Positions 18,373 through 29,100 of a stretch of 32,823 bases of DNA are shown here, piece after piece. This stretch comes from an uncultured Atopobium sp. (lineage in GTDB: Bacteria > Actinomycetota > Coriobacteriia > Coriobacteriales > Atopobiaceae), in contig CAUORV010000001.1 of assembly GCA_963507085.1 (NCBI GenBank), forward strand, positions 1-32,823. Reading direction: 5' to 3'. The translations under genes were made by a program, and so were the position numbers. The notes under the pieces were generated by a model. That model searched no databases, was not told where the DNA came from, and saw nothing but the letters and a program-made list of their open reading frames with translations. The stretch's first letter is position 1, and each line of letters opens with the position of its first letter.

Positions 18373-18918
18373 ATGGCTAAGCGCTGGTATGTAGTTCACA
18401 CCTATTCAGGTTATGAGAACAAGGTAAAGACAGACCTTGAGCACCGTATTGAGACCTATGGCCTTGAGCGTGCTGTTGTTGATATTCAGATTCCTACTGA
18501 GGAAGTTACTGAGGTCAAGGACGGCGGCAAGCGCGAGACCAAAGAGTCCAAGGTTTTCCCAGGTTACGTTCTTGTTCGCATGGAGCTAGATGATAATACT
18601 TGGGCTGTTGTTCGCAACACCCCAGGCGTAACTGGTTTTGTTGGCATTGACGGCAAGCCAGTTCCTCTGCGTCGTGATGAGTTCGATAAGATCATGCGTC
18701 GCGGCGGTATGAAGACGGGTAGCCCTGTACCTAAGCGTACAGCAACCAATATTGAGGTCGGTCAGGCAATTCACGTTCTTTCTGGTCCTCTCGCTGACTT
18801 CGACGGAACTGTTTCTGAGGTCAACGCAGAGTCCGGCAAGATTAAGGTTATGCTCACCATCTTTGGTCGCGAGACTCCGGTTGAGCTCACCATGGATCAG
18901 ATTTCCCTGATAGACTAG
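18373..18918 (+). CDS. nusG: Transcription termination/antitermination factor NusG
   Basis: WYVVHTYSGYE, FPGYVLV, TPGVTGFVG, KOW domain, IFGRETPVEL. Confidence 0.98.
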   Translation: MAKRWYVVHTYSGYENKVKTDLEHRIETYGLERAVVDIQIPTEEVTEVKDGGKRETKESKVFPGYVLVRMELDDNTWAVVRNTPGVTGFVGIDGKPVPLRRDEFDKIMRRGGMKTGSPVPKRTATNIEVGQAIHVLSGPLADFDGTVSEVNAESGKIKVMLTIFGRETPVELTMDQISLID

Positions 18919-19014
18919 TAACTAACGGCTTATCCCGCACTTCTCGTCCCTTGTGGATTGCTTCTCGGGAGTGCGCGAGAATAGACTCACAAGTATTCAA
19001 ACAGGAGGCTTAAC

Positions 19015-19443
19015 ATGCCCGCAAAGAAGGTTGTTAACTTTATTAAGCTGCAGATTCCTGCAGGCCAGGCAAACCCAGCTCCTCCAGTAGGACCAGCTCT
19101 GGGTGCTGCACAGGTCAACATTATGCAGTTCTGCCAGGCATTCAACGCTGCAACTCAGGACAAGGCTGGCGACATCATCCCAGTCGAGATTTCTGTTTAC
19201 GAGGATCGTTCCTTTGACTTCGTAACCAAGACTCCTCCAGCAGCTCAGCTCATCAAGAAGGAGCTTCACCTCAAGGGTGGTTCCGGTGTTCCTCAGCGCG
19301 ATAAGGTCGGCCAGCTCTCCCAGGAGCAGCTCACCAAGATCGCTGAGATCAAGATGCCTGACCTCAACGCAAACGACATTGAGGCTGCAAAGAAGATCGT
19401 CGCTGGTACCGCTCGTTCCATGGGTGTAACCATCGCCGAGTAG
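19015..19443 (+). CDS. rplK: 50S ribosomal protein L11
   Basis: [28 protein letters not shown]. Confidence 0.98.
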   Translation: MPAKKVVNFIKLQIPAGQANPAPPVGPALGAAQVNIMQFCQAFNAATQDKAGDIIPVEISVYEDRSFDFVTKTPPAAQLIKKELHLKGGSGVPQRDKVGQLSQEQLTKIAEIKMPDLNANDIEAAKKIVAGTARSMGVTIAE

Positions 19444-19452
19444 TGTTTACTC

Positions 19453-19486
19453 CCGTCAGCCATGTGTGTGGCTGACGGTTGTTTTT
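19453..19486 (+). terminator. Terminator-like hairpin between rplK and rplA
   Basis: CCGTCAGCCA-tgtgtg-TGGCTGACGG then TTGTTTTT. Confidence 0.5.
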
Positions 19487-19562
19487 GTCAGAGCATCCGA
19501 CGTTAGTGCACGTAGTTGGGTTTCTCGCCAAGAGGGCGTAACTACGAACGGAAGATGCAGGA

Positions 19563-19589
19563 GTGGGAGGGCAGCCGCCCGCTAACCAC
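19563..19589 (+). promoter_or_regulatory. L1 autoregulatory mRNA site (23S rRNA L1-binding mimic) before rplA
   Basis: GTGGGAGG-gcagccgc-CCGCTAACCAC directly upstream of the rplA RBS; matches the L1-leader pattern as I recall it. Confidence 0.7.
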
Positions 19590-19601
19590 AGGAGGTACAT
19601 A

Positions 19602-20309
19602 ATGCCTAAGCACGGAAAGAACTACAAGAATGCAGTTGCCAAGGTAGACGGTGCAAACCTCTACAGCCCAAAAGAGGCAGTAACCCTTTCTAAGGAGCTT
19701 GCAACTGCTAAGTTTGACGAGACCATTGAGGTAGCAATTCGCCTTGGTGTCGATACTCGTAAGGCTGACCAGAACGTTCGCGGTTCCATCTCTCTGCCTC
19801 ACGGCACTGGTAAGTCCGTTCGCGTTGCAGTCTTCGCAGAGGGCGAGAAGGCCCGCGAGGCTGAGGCAGCTGGCGCTGACATCGTCGGTGGCGACGAGCT
19901 CATCGCAGAGGTCGAGAAGGGCATGCTTGACTTTGACGCAGCAATCGCAACCCCTCAGATGATGGGTAAGGTTGGCCGTCTTGGTCGTGTTCTTGGTCCT
20001 CGTGGCCTTATGCCTAACCCTAAGCTCGGCACCGTTACCATGGATGTTGCAAAGATGGTTAACGAGCTCAAGGCTGGTCGTGTTGAGTATCGTGCAGACC
20101 GTTTTGGTATCTGCCACGTTGCAATCGGCAAGGCTTCTTTTGAGGTCCAGCAGCTTGTTGAGAACTATGGCGCACTGATCTCCGAGATCATCCGCGTCAA
20201 GCCATCCAGCGCAAAGGGTAAGTACGTCAAGACCGTTGCTATTTCCTCTACTATGGGCCCTGGCATCAAGGTTGATCCAACCAAGGTTCGTAACCTCATG
20301 GAGGACTAA
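19602..20309 (+). CDS. rplA: 50S ribosomal protein L1
   Basis: [35 protein letters not shown] 19602 after AGGAGG. Confidence 0.98.
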   Translation: MPKHGKNYKNAVAKVDGANLYSPKEAVTLSKELATAKFDETIEVAIRLGVDTRKADQNVRGSISLPHGTGKSVRVAVFAEGEKAREAEAAGADIVGGDELIAEVEKGMLDFDAAIATPQMMGKVGRLGRVLGPRGLMPNPKLGTVTMDVAKMVNELKAGRVEYRADRFGICHVAIGKASFEVQQLVENYGALISEIIRVKPSSAKGKYVKTVAISSTMGPGIKVDPTKVRNLMED

Positions 20310-20339
20310 GCTTTACGCTTAGAAGTACCTAGCACGTTT

Positions 20340-20372
20340 AATCCGGTATCTGCTTACAGGTACCGGATTTTT
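20340..20372 (+). terminator. Intrinsic terminator after rplA
   Basis: AATCCGGTA...TACCGGATT followed by a T run. Confidence 0.75.
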
Positions 20373-20519
20373 CTTGAAGCGTGCATGCGGCTTGAAGCGC
20401 GTGGTCGGCATAGGCGGTTTGCGACTAAGGTGCGATTGTGCCGCGTTTGAGTTGGAGCTGCAGCTCGACCGCCTATCTCGTCAAATTTTTGTGAAGAGAA
20501 AGAAATTGTACGCTCAACC

Positions 20520-20548
20520 TTGACTCGCGTTGATTTTTGCTGCACAAT
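20520..20548 (+). promoter_or_regulatory. Putative promoter for rplJL
   Basis: TTGACT-17 nt-CACAAT just upstream of the L10 leader. Confidence 0.55.
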
Positions 20549-20587
20549 ATCCAACGCAAGACAGACGTCTTGTAGTTGCACGTTCGC

Positions 20588-20703
20588 TGCCAAAGACAGC
20601 CGGCGCCTTGAATCCAAGGCTTAATGGGAATTCCCGCCTGCCGAGGTGGTCTTGAGATTAGTACATCCAGACCCCGCTTTGGTTGCCAAAGTGGGGTCTT
20701 TTC
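20588..20703 (+). promoter_or_regulatory. L10 ribosomal protein leader with downstream attenuator hairpin
   Basis: CCAAAGACAGCCGG...TTAA...CCTGCCGAGG core matches the L10(L12)4 leader pattern, followed by AGACCCCGCTTTGG...CCAAAGTGGGGTCT-TTT; upstream of rplJ. Confidence 0.75.
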
Positions 20704-20762
20704 ATGTGAGGGCCGCACCTGTTGGCGCTCGTGCCCGAGACATGATAAAGGAGGTGTACTAC

Positions 20763-21284
20763 ATGCCAGCTCAGTCTAAACTTGATTTGCTCGAGAAGGT
20801 TTCCGCTTCTCTCGACAACTCCAAGGGCCTGTTTGTTATCGACTATCGTGGTCTCTCCGTAAAGGAGACTCAGGAGCTTCGCCGCGCACTTACCGCAGCA
20901 GGCGCTCACATGAAGGTCTATAAGAACAACATCGTCAAGATTGCTCTTAAGAACGCTGGTATGCCAGAGATTGACGAGATGCTCGCCGGTACCTGCGCAT
21001 ACGTTTTCTATGAGAATGATCCTGTCGAGGCCGCTAAGGTCATCAAGGATCAGGCCAAGAAGCTCAAGAAAGTTGAGTTCATTGGTGGTATCGCTGATGG
21101 TCAGGCACTTACTGCTGACGAGGCAAAGGCTTACGCAGATCTTCCTTCTCGCGAGGAGCTCATTGCAAAGCTTGTCTTCGTTGTTGCAAGCCCACTTACC
21201 GGTATTGCACAGGTTTGCGCTGGTCCAGCTCGTGGACTCGCAACCGCTCTTTCTGCAGTCGCAGATCAGAAGAACGCTGCATAA
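20763..21284 (+). CDS. rplJ: 50S ribosomal protein L10
   Basis: IDYRGLSV, KVYKNN, LPSREELIAKL; ATG 20763 after AAGGAGG. Confidence 0.96.
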   Translation: MPAQSKLDLLEKVSASLDNSKGLFVIDYRGLSVKETQELRRALTAAGAHMKVYKNNIVKIALKNAGMPEIDEMLAGTCAYVFYENDPVEAAKVIKDQAKKLKKVEFIGGIADGQALTADEAKAYADLPSREELIAKLVFVVASPLTGIAQVCAGPARGLATALSAVADQKNAA

Positions 21285-21416
21285 GCAACGTTTTGTTGTA
21301 CCCGCGCATTGGCGCAAACCGCGTGAAAGTGTAGACGCACTTAAACGCACACATACAAGCCGGGCTTTTGCCCAGATGCAGTACAAAGGCTGCATCGTTT
21401 AAAAAGGAGAATTGAC

Positions 21417-21797
21417 ATGGCTGTCACTAAAGATGAGATCATTGAGGCCCTTAAAGAGATGCCAGCACTCGAGCTTTCTGAGCTCGTTCACGAGCTTGAG
21501 GACGTCTTTGGCGTTTCCGCTGCTGCTCCTGTAGCTGTCGCTGCTGCTCCTGCAGCTGGTGGCGCTGCTGAGGAGGCAGAGGAGAAGACCAACTTTGACG
21601 TTGTTCTCGAGGGCTTCGGCGACAACAAGATCGGCGTCATCAAGGTTGTCCGTGCTCTTACCAACCTTGGCCTCAAGGAGGCAAAGGAGGTCGTCGAGGG
21701 TGCTCCTAAGGCAGTCCTCGAGGGCGCTAAGAAGGAGGACGCTGAGGCTGCTAAGGCTCAGCTCGAGGAGGCTGGCGCTACCGTCACCCTTAAGTAA
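21417..21797 (+). CDS. rplL: 50S ribosomal protein L7/L12
   Basis: [10 protein letters not shown] hinge, [24 protein letters not shown]. Confidence 0.98.
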   Translation: MAVTKDEIIEALKEMPALELSELVHELEDVFGVSAAAPVAVAAAPAAGGAAEEAEEKTNFDVVLEGFGDNKIGVIKVVRALTNLGLKEAKEVVEGAPKAVLEGAKKEDAEAAKAQLEEAGATVTLK

Positions 21798-21820
21798 GTC
21801 CATCCTACAAAGCTTACTGG

Positions 21821-21851
21821 AGAGGTCAGACTTCGGTCTGGCCTCTTTTTT
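21821..21851 (+). terminator. Intrinsic terminator after rplL
   Basis: AGAGGTCAGAC-TTCG-GTCTGGCCTCT followed by a T run (UUCG tetraloop). Confidence 0.85.
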
Positions 21852-21928
21852 ATTTGCCTGGCGAGAAACCCGGCGTGCCTTTTGCCGCAGCCTGAAAAAG
21901 CGCGTCAAGCTTAGGCGCTTTTGCTGCA

Positions 21929-22048
21929 GCCTGAAAAGTGCATCAAGTCTGAGCTGTTTGCCGGATTTTCTCGCCATGTCTGAGCGATTTGCCTGTTTTT
22001 CTCGCCTTGTCTGAGTACTTTTGCTCAGACTTGGTGTCCATTTCAGGC
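21929..22048. repeat. 120-bp cassette type B, copy 2
   Basis: Units at 21929, 21960 and 21991 (31-bp period) and inverted unit GCTCAGACTTGGTGTCCATTTCAGGC. An extra degenerate unit begins at 21890. Confidence 0.88.
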
Positions 22049-22105
22049 TCATAAATCCAGCGCGATTACTCAAGCTTCCTGCGTGACTTGCCCTAGTTTT
22101 CTCGC

Positions 22106-22223
22106 GCCTGATTTCCTCAAAGAATCTGTAACTTTTGCCTAAAATTGCAAAAGAATCTGTGGATTTGCCTGATTTTGTTAAAGAATCGGTGGCTCAAATA
22201 CAGATTCTTTGCACTTTTTAGGC
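22106..22223. repeat. 118-bp cassette type A, copy 2
   Basis: Units at 22106, 22137 and 22167 plus inverted unit; the last 74 bp are identical to copy 1. Confidence 0.9.
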
Positions 22224-22285
22224 GCGTGCAGCAAAAGGCAGGCGCACGCAGCAAAAAGCCGGCGCGCCTGGCGAGAAACCCGTGC
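22221..22285. repeat. Degenerate 20-bp tandem repeat
   Basis: GGCGCGTGCAGCAAAAGGCA / GGCGCACGCAGCAAAAAGCC / GGCGCGCCTGGCGAGAAACC. Confidence 0.6.
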
Positions 22286-22538
22286 ACTCGAGGCGCCTCG
22301 CGGCACCCGTGCGCTCGCAGCGCACCCGGGGCGCATGGAGCGCCATGCGAAGCGACGTGGCGGGGGAGTGCCGCTCACCGAAAGCTATTTCTGTCTCCGT
22401 GGACCTTCTCCATAAAATCTTCACAACTAGAAAAGACGAGTTAGTCAAGTATTTACCTGCAACATAACGTTTGTGCAGTTGAAAAACATAAACGCGATAA
22501 TATAGTCAAAACGTCTTAAAAAATCAAGTGTTTTTCTG

Positions 22539-22567
22539 TTGACGCGCATTAAAATCTTGACTAAATT
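22539..22567 (+). promoter_or_regulatory. Putative promoter for rpoBC
   Basis: TTGACG-17 nt-TAAATT with an AT-rich upstream region. Confidence 0.55.
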
Positions 22568-22618
22568 ACTAGGTTGCGACAATTGCCACCTTCCACCCTT
22601 TTGAAGGAGGACAACCTG

Positions 22619-25600
22619 GTGTCTACCGCTAAAAAGACTTCCCTCACCACGCCTCAGGCGCATACTGGACGCAGGACGTTCAGTAAGATTCCCGCAGCTA
22701 TGGAGCTGCCAAATCTGATTTCTGTACAGAAGGAATCATTTGAGCGCTTTATGGGAGAGGGCCTTGCAGAGTCCTTCGCTGAGTTCTCGCCAATTGAGAA
22801 CAGCGCAGGAACCATGCAGGTCACCTTTGGTGACCATCAGTTCGGCGACCCCGCCAATTCAATGGCTGAGTGTCGTGCAAAAGACATTTCATATCAAGCA
22901 CCTCTTTTTGTTGACGTCCGTTTTGTCAACAAAGAGACTGGTGAGATGAAGGAGCAGCTTGTCTTCATGGGTGATTTCCCATTGATGACCGAGCGCGGTA
23001 CCTTCATCATCAACGGTTCTGAGCGCGTTGTGGTTTCGCAGCTCGTTCGTTCACCTGGCGTGTACTTCTCGTCAGAGATGGACAACGGTGTTCTGGTCCA
23101 CAAGTCTCAGTTCATTCCTGCACGTGGTGCATGGCTTGAGTTTGAGGTTGATAAGCGCGGCCACCTGGTCGTCTCCATTGACCGCAAGCGTCGCCAGAGC
23201 GCTACCGTCTTCCTCCGTGCACTTGGCATTGCTGTTACCGATGACGAGATTCTCTCGCTCCTCGGTGATTCCGATGTTGTTCGCAACACACTTGAGCGTG
23301 ACGTTGCAACCACACGTGAGGATGCTCTTATCGAGATTTATCGTCGTCAGCGTCCAGGCGAGCCACCAACTGTTGACTCCGCCCGTTCTCTGCTTGACGG
23401 CCTCTTCTTCAACGAGCAGCGCTATGACCTTGCTCGCGTTGGTCGTTACAAGATCAACAAGAAGCTTGAGGAAGAGATTCCTGCAGACGTTCGTGTCCTT
23501 ACCAAAGAGGACATTGTCGCAGCTCTTCAGTACCTTCTTGCAGTGCATGCAGGTGATGAGTCTAAGCACCTTGATGACATTGACCACTTTGGCAACCGCC
23601 GCGTTCGTACCGTTGGTGAGCTGGTCCAGAACCAGTTCCGCATTGGTATGAGCCGCATGGAGCGCGTTGTTCGTGAGCGTATGGCATCTCAGGACGCAGA
23701 CGACATCACTCCACAGTCTCTGATCAACATCCGTCCAATTGTTGCTGCAATCAAGGAGTTCTTCGGTTCTTCTCAGCTTTCGCAGTTCATGGACCAGGCA
23801 AACCCACTTGCTGGTTTGACCCACAAGCGTCGTCTTTCTGCTCTGGGACCTGGCGGTCTTGCAGGACACAAGTCCGGCTCCAGCCGTCGTACCAACGTTC
23901 CTACTGCAGTCCGCGACGTTCACAACTCGCACTACTCCCGTATGTGCCCAATTGAGACTCCTGAGGGACCAAACATTGGTCTTATCGGCTCCTTGGCACT
24001 GTACGCTCACGTAAATGAGTACGGCTTTATCGAGGCTCCTTATCGTAAGGTCACAGGCGGTGTTGTCTCTGACGACATTGTCTGGATGACTGCAGACGAG
24101 GAGGAGAATCACATTATTGCTCCTGCTAACACCCCAATTGACCCTAAGTCTAAGAAGTTTGTTGAGGTTGACGCAGACGGCAAGATTGTTGATGCAGACC
24201 GCGTTATTGCACGTACCCGCGACTTCGACGGTTCCTTCGGTGCACCTGCACAGGTTCCTGTTGAGGACGTTGACTACATGGACGTTTCTCCACGTCAGCT
24301 TCTCTCCGTCGCAGCTAACCTCATTCCATTCCTTGAGCACGACGACGCAAAGCGTACCCTCATGGGTGCAAACATGCAGCGTCAGGCAGTGCCTCTGATC
24401 CAGTCCCACGCTCCATTTGTTGGAACTGGTATGGAGGGTCGCGCAGCTCAGGACTCTGGTGAGCTTATTTGTGCAGAGTTTGCCGGCGAGGTCACCGAGG
24501 TAGACGCAGCTCACGTTGTCATCTACTCCGATGAGCACGGTTCTCAGCGCTACGATCTTCCTAAGTACGAGCGCTCTAACCAGTCCACTTGCATCAACCA
24601 CCGTCCAATTGTCACAGTTGGACAGAAGGTCGAGAAGGGCCAACCAATCGCAGACGGTCCATCTGTTGACCACTCTGAACTGGCACTTGGTGCAAACCTT
24701 ACCGTTGCTTACATGCCATGGGAAGGCTACAACTACGAGGACGGTATTATCGTCTCCGAGCGTGTTGTTCAGGAAGACCTCCTGACCTCCGTTAACATTT
24801 CCCGCCACGAGATTGATGCTCGTGACACCAAGCTTGGTGCTGAGGAAATTACCCGCGAGATTCCAAACCTTGGTGAGGACATGCTCGCAAATCTCGACGA
24901 TGACGGTATCATTCGCATCGGCGCTGAGGTTGGCCCTGGCGATATTCTGGTTGGTAAGGTCACTCCTAAGGGTGAGACCGCTCTGACCGCAGAAGAGCGC
25001 CTGCTTCGCGCAATCTTCGGTGCTAAGGCACACGACGTTCGCGATACTTCCCTCAAGATGCCACACGGCTCCTATGGCCGCGTTGTTGACGTTGTTCGCT
25101 TCAGCCGTGAGGCTGGAGACGACCTGCCTCCAGGAGTAAACGACCTGGTCCGTGTCTTTGTTGCTCAGCGCAGAAAGATTCAGCAGGGCGATAAGATCGC
25201 TGGTCGTCACGGTAACAAGGGTGTTATTTGTAAGGTTCTCCCAGTTGAGGACATGCCTTACATGGCAGATGGTACCCCAGTAGACGTTATTCTCGACCCA
25301 CTGGGCGTTCCTTCCCGTATGAACGTTGGTCAGCTGCTTGAGTGCCACCTTGGCTGGGGTGCTGCACATGGTTGGGATGACGATGACGCAGATTCCAAGC
25401 GTTACGTTGAGGGCCCAATTCCTGTTGCAACACCACTCTTTGACGGTGCTACTGATGAGTCCGTTGCAGAGATTGTTCGCCGCACCAACATCAACATGAT
25501 CAACAAGGCTCTCAAGGAGTACGGCGAGAACATGCGTGAGGAGTTTGTTCCACAGCTCAACGAGCGTGGTAAGACTACCCTCTACGATGGCCGTACCGGT

Positions 25601-26134
25601 GAGGCTTTCAAGAGCCCAATTACCGTTGGTGTTTCTTACATCTTGAAGCTCGGCCACATGGTTGACGATAAGATCCACGCACGTTCAACTGGTCCTTACT
25701 CTCTTGTTACCCAGCAGCCTCTGGGTGGTAAGGCACAGTTCGGCGGTCAGCGCTTTGGTGAGATGGAGGTTTGGGCACTGTATGCATATGGTGCTGCTAA
25801 CGTCCTCCAGGAGATCCTCACCGTTAAGTCTGACGATACCAACGGCCGTGTTAAGACCTATGAGTCCATTGTTAAGGGCGAGAACATTCCTACTGCAGGA
25901 ATTCCTGAGTCCTTCAAGGTTCTGGTCAAAGAGATTCGCTCCCTGGCACTTGACATTGAGCCAATCTCCTATCGTAAGCGTGCAAATACCGCAAAGGTCA
26001 CAGATCCTGAGGAGAAGAACGCTGTTGAGATCCTCAACGACCTTGGCTTCACTGAGGTAACCGCTTCCGACCTGTCCCAAGACGCTGAGGGTGCATCCGC
26101 ACTTGTAGGCGACGCGACCACCGATAAGGAGTAG
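22619..26134 (+). CDS. rpoB: DNA-directed RNA polymerase subunit beta
   Basis: [14 protein letters not shown], Rif cluster [50 protein letters not shown] 22619 follows AAGGAGG. Confidence 0.99.
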   Translation: MSTAKKTSLTTPQAHTGRRTFSKIPAAMELPNLISVQKESFERFMGEGLAESFAEFSPIENSAGTMQVTFGDHQFGDPANSMAECRAKDISYQAPLFVDVRFVNKETGEMKEQLVFMGDFPLMTERGTFIINGSERVVVSQLVRSPGVYFSSEMDNGVLVHKSQFIPARGAWLEFEVDKRGHLVVSIDRKRRQSATVFLRALGIAVTDDEILSLLGDSDVVRNTLERDVATTREDALIEIYRRQRPGEPPTVDSARSLLDGLFFNEQRYDLARVGRYKINKKLEEEIPADVRVLTKEDIVAALQYLLAVHAGDESKHLDDIDHFGNRRVRTVGELVQNQFRIGMSRMERVVRERMASQDADDITPQSLINIRPIVAAIKEFFGSSQLSQFMDQANPLAGLTHKRRLSALGPGGLAGHKSGSSRRTNVPTAVRDVHNSHYSRMCPIETPEGPNIGLIGSLALYAHVNEYGFIEAPYRKVTGGVVSDDIVWMTADEEENHIIAPANTPIDPKSKKFVEVDADGKIVDADRVIARTRDFDGSFGAPAQVPVEDVDYMDVSPRQLLSVAANLIPFLEHDDAKRTLMGANMQRQAVPLIQSHAPFVGTGMEGRAAQDSGELICAEFAGEVTEVDAAHVVIYSDEHGSQRYDLPKYERSNQSTCINHRPIVTVGQKVEKGQPIADGPSVDHSELALGANLTVAYMPWEGYNYEDGIIVSERVVQEDLLTSVNISRHEIDARDTKLGAEEITREIPNLGEDMLANLDDDGIIRIGAEVGPGDILVGKVTPKGETALTAEERLLRAIFGAKAHDVRDTSLKMPHGSYGRVVDVVRFSREAGDDLPPGVNDLVRVFVAQRRKIQQGDKIAGRHGNKGVICKVLPVEDMPYMADGTPVDVILDPLGVPSRMNVGQLLECHLGWGAAHGWDDDDADSKRYVEGPIPVATPLFDGATDESVAEIVRRTNINMINKALKEYGENMREEFVPQLNERGKTTLYDGRTGEAFKSPITVGVSYILKLGHMVDDKIHARSTGPYSLVTQQPLGGKAQFGGQRFGEMEVWALYAYGAANVLQEILTVKSDDTNGRVKTYESIVKGENIPTAGIPESFKVLVKEIRSLALDIEPISYRKRANTAKVTDPEEKNAVEILNDLGFTEVTASDLSQDAEGASALVGDATTDKE

Positions 26135-26139
26135 CGACT

Positions 26140-29100
26140 GTGGCAGATTTCGATTCCACTGAATTTGACGCTATTAAAATTTCTCTAGCGTCTGCTGACG
26201 ATATCCGCGGTTGGTCCTATGGCGAGGTAAAGAAGCCTGAGACCATCAACTACCGTACCCTTAAGCCAGAAAAGGACGGCCTTTTCTGCGAGAAGATCTT
26301 TGGACCTGTAAGGGACTGGGAGTGCGCCTGCGGTAAGTACAAAGGCATTCGCTTCAAGGGCATTACCTGCGAGCGCTGCGGTGTTGAAGTTACCACCGCA
26401 AAGGTTCGTCGTGACCGCATGGGCCACATCGAGCTTGCTGCTCCTGTAAGCCACATCTGGTACTTCAAGAGCCCAACCAGCTTCCCTCTGGCACGTCTTC
26501 TTGACATCAAGAGCAAGGACCTCGAGAAAGTCCTCTACTTTGCATCTTACGTAATCACTAGTGTTGACACTGAGGCACGTGAGGCTGACGTAGACGATCT
26601 TCGTGAGGAGCTTGCAGCAGATATCGAAGAGCTCGACGCAGAGCGCGACGATCAGATTGCACGCCTTCGCGAGCAGGGCCAGCCACAGGATGACGAGTTT
26701 GGCGATTTTGAGCCTCTTTCTGAGGACGAGATTCGTGCAGGCGTCGCTGATCTTGAGGAAGAGTACGAGGAAGAGAAGACGCTTCGTCGTGAGGCTTTCG
26801 AGAAGTTCATGCAGCTTGAGACCAGAGAGCTCATCTCCGATGAGGGTCTGTTCTCCGAGCTTAAGCGCTACTATGGCATCTACTTCAAGGGTGGCATGGG
26901 TGCTGAGGCAGTCCGCGACCTTCTTTCCAATATTGATCTTGAGAAAGAGGCCAAGGAGCTCCGCGCTATTATCGCCAATGAGGATGCTCAGAAGCAGAAG
27001 CGCGAGAAGGCCATTAAGCGTCTTGAGATTGTTGACGCCTTCCTTAAGGGTGGCAACGATCCAGCTAACATGATTCTTGACGTTGTACCAGTTATTCCAC
27101 CTGATCTTCGTCCAATGGTTCAGCTTGATGGTGGCCGTTTTGCAGCTTCCGACTTAAACGATTTGTATCGTCGTGTTATTAACCGTAACAATCGTCTTAA
27201 GCGCCTGCTTGACCTTGACGCACCTTCCATCATTGTTAACAACGAGAAGCGCATGCTTCAGGAGTCCGTTGACGCTCTGTTTGACAACGGTCGCCGTGGC
27301 CGTCCTGTTACCGGCCGTGGTGGACGTCCTCTGAAGTCTCTTGCTGAGGCTCTTAAGGGTAAGCAGGGTCGCTTCCGTCAGAACCTTCTGGGTAAGCGTG
27401 TTGACTACTCTGGCCGTTCCGTCATTGTTGTTGACCCACACCTGAAGCTGCACCAGTGCGGTCTTCCATCCGCTATGGCACTTGAGCTCTTCAAGCCATT
27501 TGTCATGCGTCGTTTGGTTGAGCTCCGCAAGGTTGAAAACATTAAGGGCGCAAAGCGCGCTATTGACCGTGGTACCCCAGTTGTTTGGGACGTTCTGGAT
27601 GAGGTCATTCAGGACCGCCTCGTTCTTCTCAACCGCGCACCTACCCTTCACCGTCTGTCTATTCAGGCATTTGAGCCAGTCCTTATCGAGGGTAAGGCAA
27701 TCCACCTGCACCCACTGGTCTGCGCACCATTCAACGCAGACTTCGACGGCGACCAGATGTCTGTCCACGTGCCACTTTCTACTCAGGCACAGACAGAGGC
27801 TCGCATTCTGATGCTTTCCAGCAACAACCTCAGAAGCCCTGCTTCTGGTAAGGTTCTGACCGTTCCTTCTCAGGATATGGTCTTTGGTGTCTACTATCTC
27901 ACTTCCGAGAAGACCGGTGAAGACGCTAAGACTCTTACCTTCGCAAGCTTTGAGGATGCTCTTCTGGCTATTGAGGCCAACCGTGACCTTGATATCCAGG
28001 CAAAGGTTGTTGTCCGCGTAAGCTCCAAGGATGCAAACGTTGCTGATAGCGATCGCGCTATCTTCCGCGTTATGACTGGCCGCGGTCAGTATGAGGACCT
28101 GGACGTTACTGAGGGTACTAAGCGCTTTGAGACCACTGTTGGTCGCATTATCTTCAACCGTCAGTGCCTGCCAGAGGATTACCCATACATCAACTACAAG
28201 ATGGTTAAGTCCGACATTGGTGTTCTGGTCAACGATTGCTGCGACCGTTACCCAATGGCTGATGTTGAGCCAATTCTGGATAACATCAAGAAGACTGGTT
28301 TCCACTATGCAACTCTTGCTGGTCTGACCGTTTCTGTTTGGGACGCTGTTATTCCTCCACACAAGCCACAGCTGCTTCAGGAGGCACAGGACCGCGTTGA
28401 CCAGATCAACGAGTACTACGAGGACGGCTTCCTTTCCGAGCGAGAGCGTCACGTTGAGGTTGTTAACGCATGGACCGAGTGCACCGATTTTCTCGGCTCT
28501 GAGATGCTTACAGGCTTTGCAGAGAACAACCCAATTTACATGATGGCTGACTCTGGAGCTCGTGGTTCTAAGACACAGCTTCGCCAGCTTGCTGGTATGC
28601 GAGGCCTGATGGCGGATATGTCCGGTGAAACCATCGACCTTCCAATTAAGGCAAACTTCCGCGAGGGTCTTGAGCCTCTCGAGTACTTCATTTCTACCTA
28701 TGGCGCTCGTAAGGGTCTGGTAGATACCGCATCCCACACCTCCGACTCTGGTTACCTGACTCGTCGACTCGTCGACGTTGCACAGGACGTCATTGTTCGC
28801 GAGGAGGACTGCGGCACTGATGAGGCAGTTACCTATCCTCTGATTAAGCCTGGTCAGACTTCTGTTGATACTGACCTGATTGGCCGCTGCACCCTTGAGG
28901 ATGTCTGCGATCCAAACACTGGCGAGGTTCTTATCCCTGCTGGTGGCTATGTTGAGTCCAAGCAGGATCTTGAGCGTCTTGTTGAGCATGGCCTTGCTAA
29001 GGTTCAGCTACGCGCGCTTCTGACCTGTAAGTCTAAGTATGGCGTCTGCCAGAAGTGCTACGGTTGGGATCTTTCCACCCGTCGTCCTGTCAACATTGGT

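Noticed and set aside
23072..25678. 868-aa antisense ORF within rpoB (likewise 27154-28989, 29008-29949, 16278-17468, 11685-12833)
   Set aside because: Shadow frames of codon-biased genes; no recognisable motifs.
26563..26808. Acidic coiled-coil insert in the beta' N-terminal region
   Set aside because: Corresponds in position to the known actinobacterial lineage-specific beta' insert, so it is not novel.
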